Source of the DNA: Podarcis gaigeae
Taxonomy: Eukaryota
Reading direction: 5' to 3' (one strand)
DNA: 64,000 nucleotides
Assembly (NCBI GenBank): GCA_964106915.2
Contig: OZ066929.1
Part shown: positions 60,401 to 64,000 of the stretch, piece by piece
Layout of the letters: every line of letters starts with the position of its first letter
Numbering within the stretch: the stretch's first letter is position 1
Made by a program: the position numbers and the translations under genes
Notes under the pieces: model-generated
The model's database searches: none
Seen by the model: the letters and a program-made list of their open reading frames with translations, nothing else
Told to the model about the DNA's origin: nothing

Positions 60401-62619
60401 AAAACTAAATGACACTATAGAGTTCTTTTTACAGAAAAAAATCATATTTGAATACAAAGTTTTAAAACCAGCTAAGCCTCTGTTAAGAGTGATGCAGGGT
60501 TAAAATCACAACTGATCTCCTTTTGACACAAACACAAGTGTTTTGACACAGAATCATAAATACTCTGCTTAGAAATCAATAGAGATAGCCTCCAGGAACA
60601 GCAGATTGAGGCATCAATCTCCTGCAAGTTTGGTTAATTAAGATGCTGAAAGAACTTAATGCTAAGAATTCTCTTATGTAAACCCACAAGTCACAGCGAA
60701 TTATGTTCCTGATTAAGTAAGCAAACTGTTCCTCTGAAATTAGGTACAGTACAGAGAAACAAACTTTTCTTATTTTATAATATCTTTCTTCCACACAACT
60801 CATTTGGACACTATGCAATTTTAACATGTGCATAACAGATAGCGGCAATGCAGGCTGCTCCTGGTAAGAATGCTTTCTAGTTGAGCAGCAGTTAACAACA
60901 GTTAATTTAAACTTTCCAGACAAAATGTGATGTTTCATCTCAGCCCAAATGAGAAGAACTCCCAACATGTAGCTGCTATAAATACTTTTTAAGAAAAACA
61001 AGATGCAGCTTACAATTTCATGTTCATAAAGAGATGTGCCAGAACTTAAAACAGTTTGAAGTTGACAACCAAGTTTCTCAATCACATTTCCCATTGAAGT
61101 GCCAGGAACTGCTCTTGGCTCTATCAAAAGCAAGTTTCTGATCAAGACAGCATCAGAAGACTGCAGACATGGCAGCTGCTTAGGATCCAATTATCTGCTT
61201 CTGTGGGATTTGGTCATGGATATACAGCATCCATGCCTTAACCAGAAGGAACAGAATACCTTCCAATTCACACAGGTAATCACAGGTATTCTTCCTTCCA
61301 CATGTACACACTAGAGCTTTTGAAACTGCATCATAAATGACAGGAACACAATCAGGTAAGGTTACCTCTGACTGCAAAGTCAGGTAACAAAAAGTAGGCA
61401 GAAGAATTTTTTTACATTAATGGAAGTATAGGATATGGGGGCAGAAGACATAAAAAGTGATGTCTTGTACTGGGCTAACTTATTTTAAAGTAAAGTAATC
61501 AAGTGCAAGAGGGTATATTCATACCAATCAAAATATTTCATCCATTGTCAGGTAAAAATGAAAGTTAAGAAATTGTTAAGCAGAATCATCTGCCTCCACC
61601 CCCCACCCAAAACCCCTTTCACATTTATAAGTGGAACCAGGAGGTGCTGGTTATTCCAGAACCCCAGTGTTAGTTTGCATATGCACTCTGCAGAAAAGTA
61701 CAGCTGAGTAAGAGGTGCTCATCCCTTTGTATATAGGGGGAAAGCTTGGATGCACTCAACAACAAACAGATCTTTTCTTCAAGTGCCAACCTTAGAGGAT
61801 GGATACTGTGATATCAAAAATGACACCCATAATTAAAGACTAAAGTCATAATGCTTCCTTCTTTTCACAGTTCTAGGATTTAAAAAGGTACTTCCACACC
61901 AATTACTTCCCCCTGGGCAGATGCATGAGAAACTATTTCAGATTAAGCAAAGTTTATATCCTCAAATTCCAGAGGAGTAGACATGGTAGCTTATTAAAGC
62001 AAACACATATACACAGAAGAAAGTCTTGGGGCACTTTAAGAAGCTTTATTATCAATTGCATTCATTAGATGCATTTTTCAAAAAAGAGACCTAAAGTACC
62101 TTATAACGTGAAACATGCATTATAAACACCAGAACACAATAGAAACCTAAGCCTCACTTCTGTAACATATTTAAAAGCAATATACTTATTGTGGCATAAG
62201 TTTACATGGGCTACAGAATCCCACTTTCATGAACTGTGGTCCAACATAGATGTGGCTGGCTGGATCATGCTTCATGTCTTTAAATAATGCGGCACAACTT
62301 AGAGGAGCAGGTTTATTATGGCAGCAGCTTTCGTGAAGCTAACATCCCGGATAAAACTGTCTTCCAGGTGCCATGAAACATTGCTGATGCTCCCGCCTCA
62401 GCGCAAAACCTAACTGCTTCTTGCCTTGATTGAGTGGGCTGCTTGCTGCACGTAGCCCACATCAGCTTACTCGCACAATAAATCAGCGAGCCTTTAAAGG
62501 TGTCACACATGTGCGCACGTGTTTATTTGTTTCGCACATTGATGACCCGTGTTGTTGGGTTTTTTACAGGGTGTGTGGGTGTTGTGCATTGGGGTGGGGG
62601 TGTCCCCGCCAAAATCAGC

Positions 62620-63960
62620 CTGCAGCTAACACCCGGCTCGGATCCGATTCGTTTACACACAAACGCGCCCCACTTCCCGGTTCAGAGTACAGTGTACGAC
62701 GATCCGAGGTTTTTTTCTTTACACGTAGCCGTAAAAACGAACCGATTGTAAACACCGAGCCTCACCATTTAACTGAAGAGCACCTCCTCCTCCTCTCTGA
62801 GGGGCCCTCAGCAGCTGCAGCAGCGTCCCCCGGCCCTACACTTTGCCCTCCTGAGATGACCTGTAACTCCAAGCGCGCATTCACACGTACGCGCGCACAC
62901 CCAGGGCTGGCCGGGCTCAAGGCATTCGGCCCGAAGCCCCGGCACTACTTCGGCCTCTCTTCATCCCCTCACCGGCTTTTAACACACCCACCGCAGCCAA
63001 CCCGCCCCCACCCCCGCGGCTCCCCTCCTTCTCACCTCTCCTCAGCGGCAGCAGCGGCGCTGCCTGCGCCCATAGAGCCCTCGCTCCCACTCGGCAGCCG
63101 CCCCCCAGTACATTCCAGAGAGAGCAGGCGAGGCGGACGGGACCCTCCATCCAACACCGACCGACCAACCGGCCAGAGCAGACCGTCCCGTCCTGCGCCG
63201 CCGCCGCCGCCAACGAACAACACACGACTCTCAAGCACTGACGGACTGATTGACTGAACTGAGGGAGGGAACGCGCGCGTGCCCGCCAGCCCGCCCGCGC
63301 GAGCCAGCAAGCGACAGGCGCGCGCTCGGCTCCGCTCGCGAGGGTAGGTGGGTGGGTGCGTTAAGCTCCGCCCCATGGCCCGCTCGCGCCCGAGCGCAGC
63401 CTCTCACAGACGGAGAGGGAGGCGCGCGCTTGAGGCTCCGCCTTCCTCCTCCTCCTTCTCCTTCTTCTCCTCACAAGTCAAAACGGCTGGGCTCGCGCCT
63501 CAAGCGCCGCCCACCGCGCTCGCTCAGCCGAACGGCGGTTTCCTTTGCCTTCCCGCGCTCCTCCCTCCTCCCTCCACCGCAACACTCTTGGAATGTACCA
63601 ATGGCGTAAACAAATGGAAGGTGGGGGGTGCGTGCGTAAAAGAGCGAAATCTCAATCCTGGCCGAGCCGCGTCCGTTGCTTAAGCGGAGATGTGAGGGCG
63701 GCGAGTTTGTTGAGGAAACGGCTGGCTTCGAAGGGGGGCGCTGCCGCTTGGAAGTCCGAGGAAGGAACAGCGAAGGTGTTTCTCTCTCCCTCCCCCCGTA
63801 GGAACATGGGCGTTGCCGTCCAGAAAAGGAGGCGGAGCTGCGGGCATGTGTAACTCTGTTTGACCTCCAGTTTTCTCAATGAGATCTAGCAACGTGCGAA
63901 GTTTGTTTATGGTTTGCTGTGGGCTTTATCGCTGCGCACATTACTGAGATGAACGCTGCG
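62620..63960 (-). promoter_or_regulatory. CDON: CpG island / CDON promoter region
   Basis: Sharp rise in GC and CpG density at the 5' side of the gene. GC box ctccgcccc 63366-63374, CCAAT 63598-63602, forkhead-type gtaaacaaa 63606-63614. Confidence 0.88.
63036..63300 (-). other. CDON: Putative non-coding exon 1 of CDON (5' end unknown)
   Basis: Donor GAG|gtgaga at 63036/63035 inside the CpG island; exon 2 has an acceptor, so an upstream exon is required. Alternative gtgag donors exist near 62765 and 62972. Confidence 0.5.
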
Positions 63961-64000
63961 ATCCTAGTGTCAGAAATAAGCCCCATTTAGTTTAGTGGGA

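Noticed and set aside
62430-63892. Cluster of long ORFs (up to 275 aa) in the CpG island
   Set aside because: Pro/Arg/Ala/Gly-rich low-complexity frames on both strands are expected in stop-poor GC-rich promoter DNA.

Overview
Vertebrate genomic DNA, almost certainly a squamate reptile and probably a lacertid lizard (inferred from Sauria-type and Squam3-type SINEs, BovB, L2, CR1 and Penelope relics). The window holds essentially the whole CDON gene (Ig/FNIII Hedgehog co-receptor) on the minus strand. I traced 19 coding exons by hand (39488 down to 8090). All have GT-AG boundaries and splice in phase to 3783 nt = 1260 aa plus stop: signal peptide, 5 Ig, 3 FNIII, TM helix and a cytoplasmic tail ending QET*. 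A CpG-island promoter and probable non-coding exon 1 lie at about 62.6-64 kb, and a multi-kb 3' UTR lies below 8090. Introns carry many transposon fragments. The most striking element is in intron 4: a perfect 94-bp-arm palindrome of Penelope-like pseudo-LTR sequence inside a (TA)n tract, with a minimal hammerhead-ribozyme core on both strands. Other highlights are a young 5'-truncated L2 LINE fused in frame to a 69-bp copy of local DNA, several more Penelope/hammerhead relics, uORFs in the predicted leader, and an apparently shifted caspase site. Repeat-family names and comparisons with human CDON come from recalled knowledge, not database searches.
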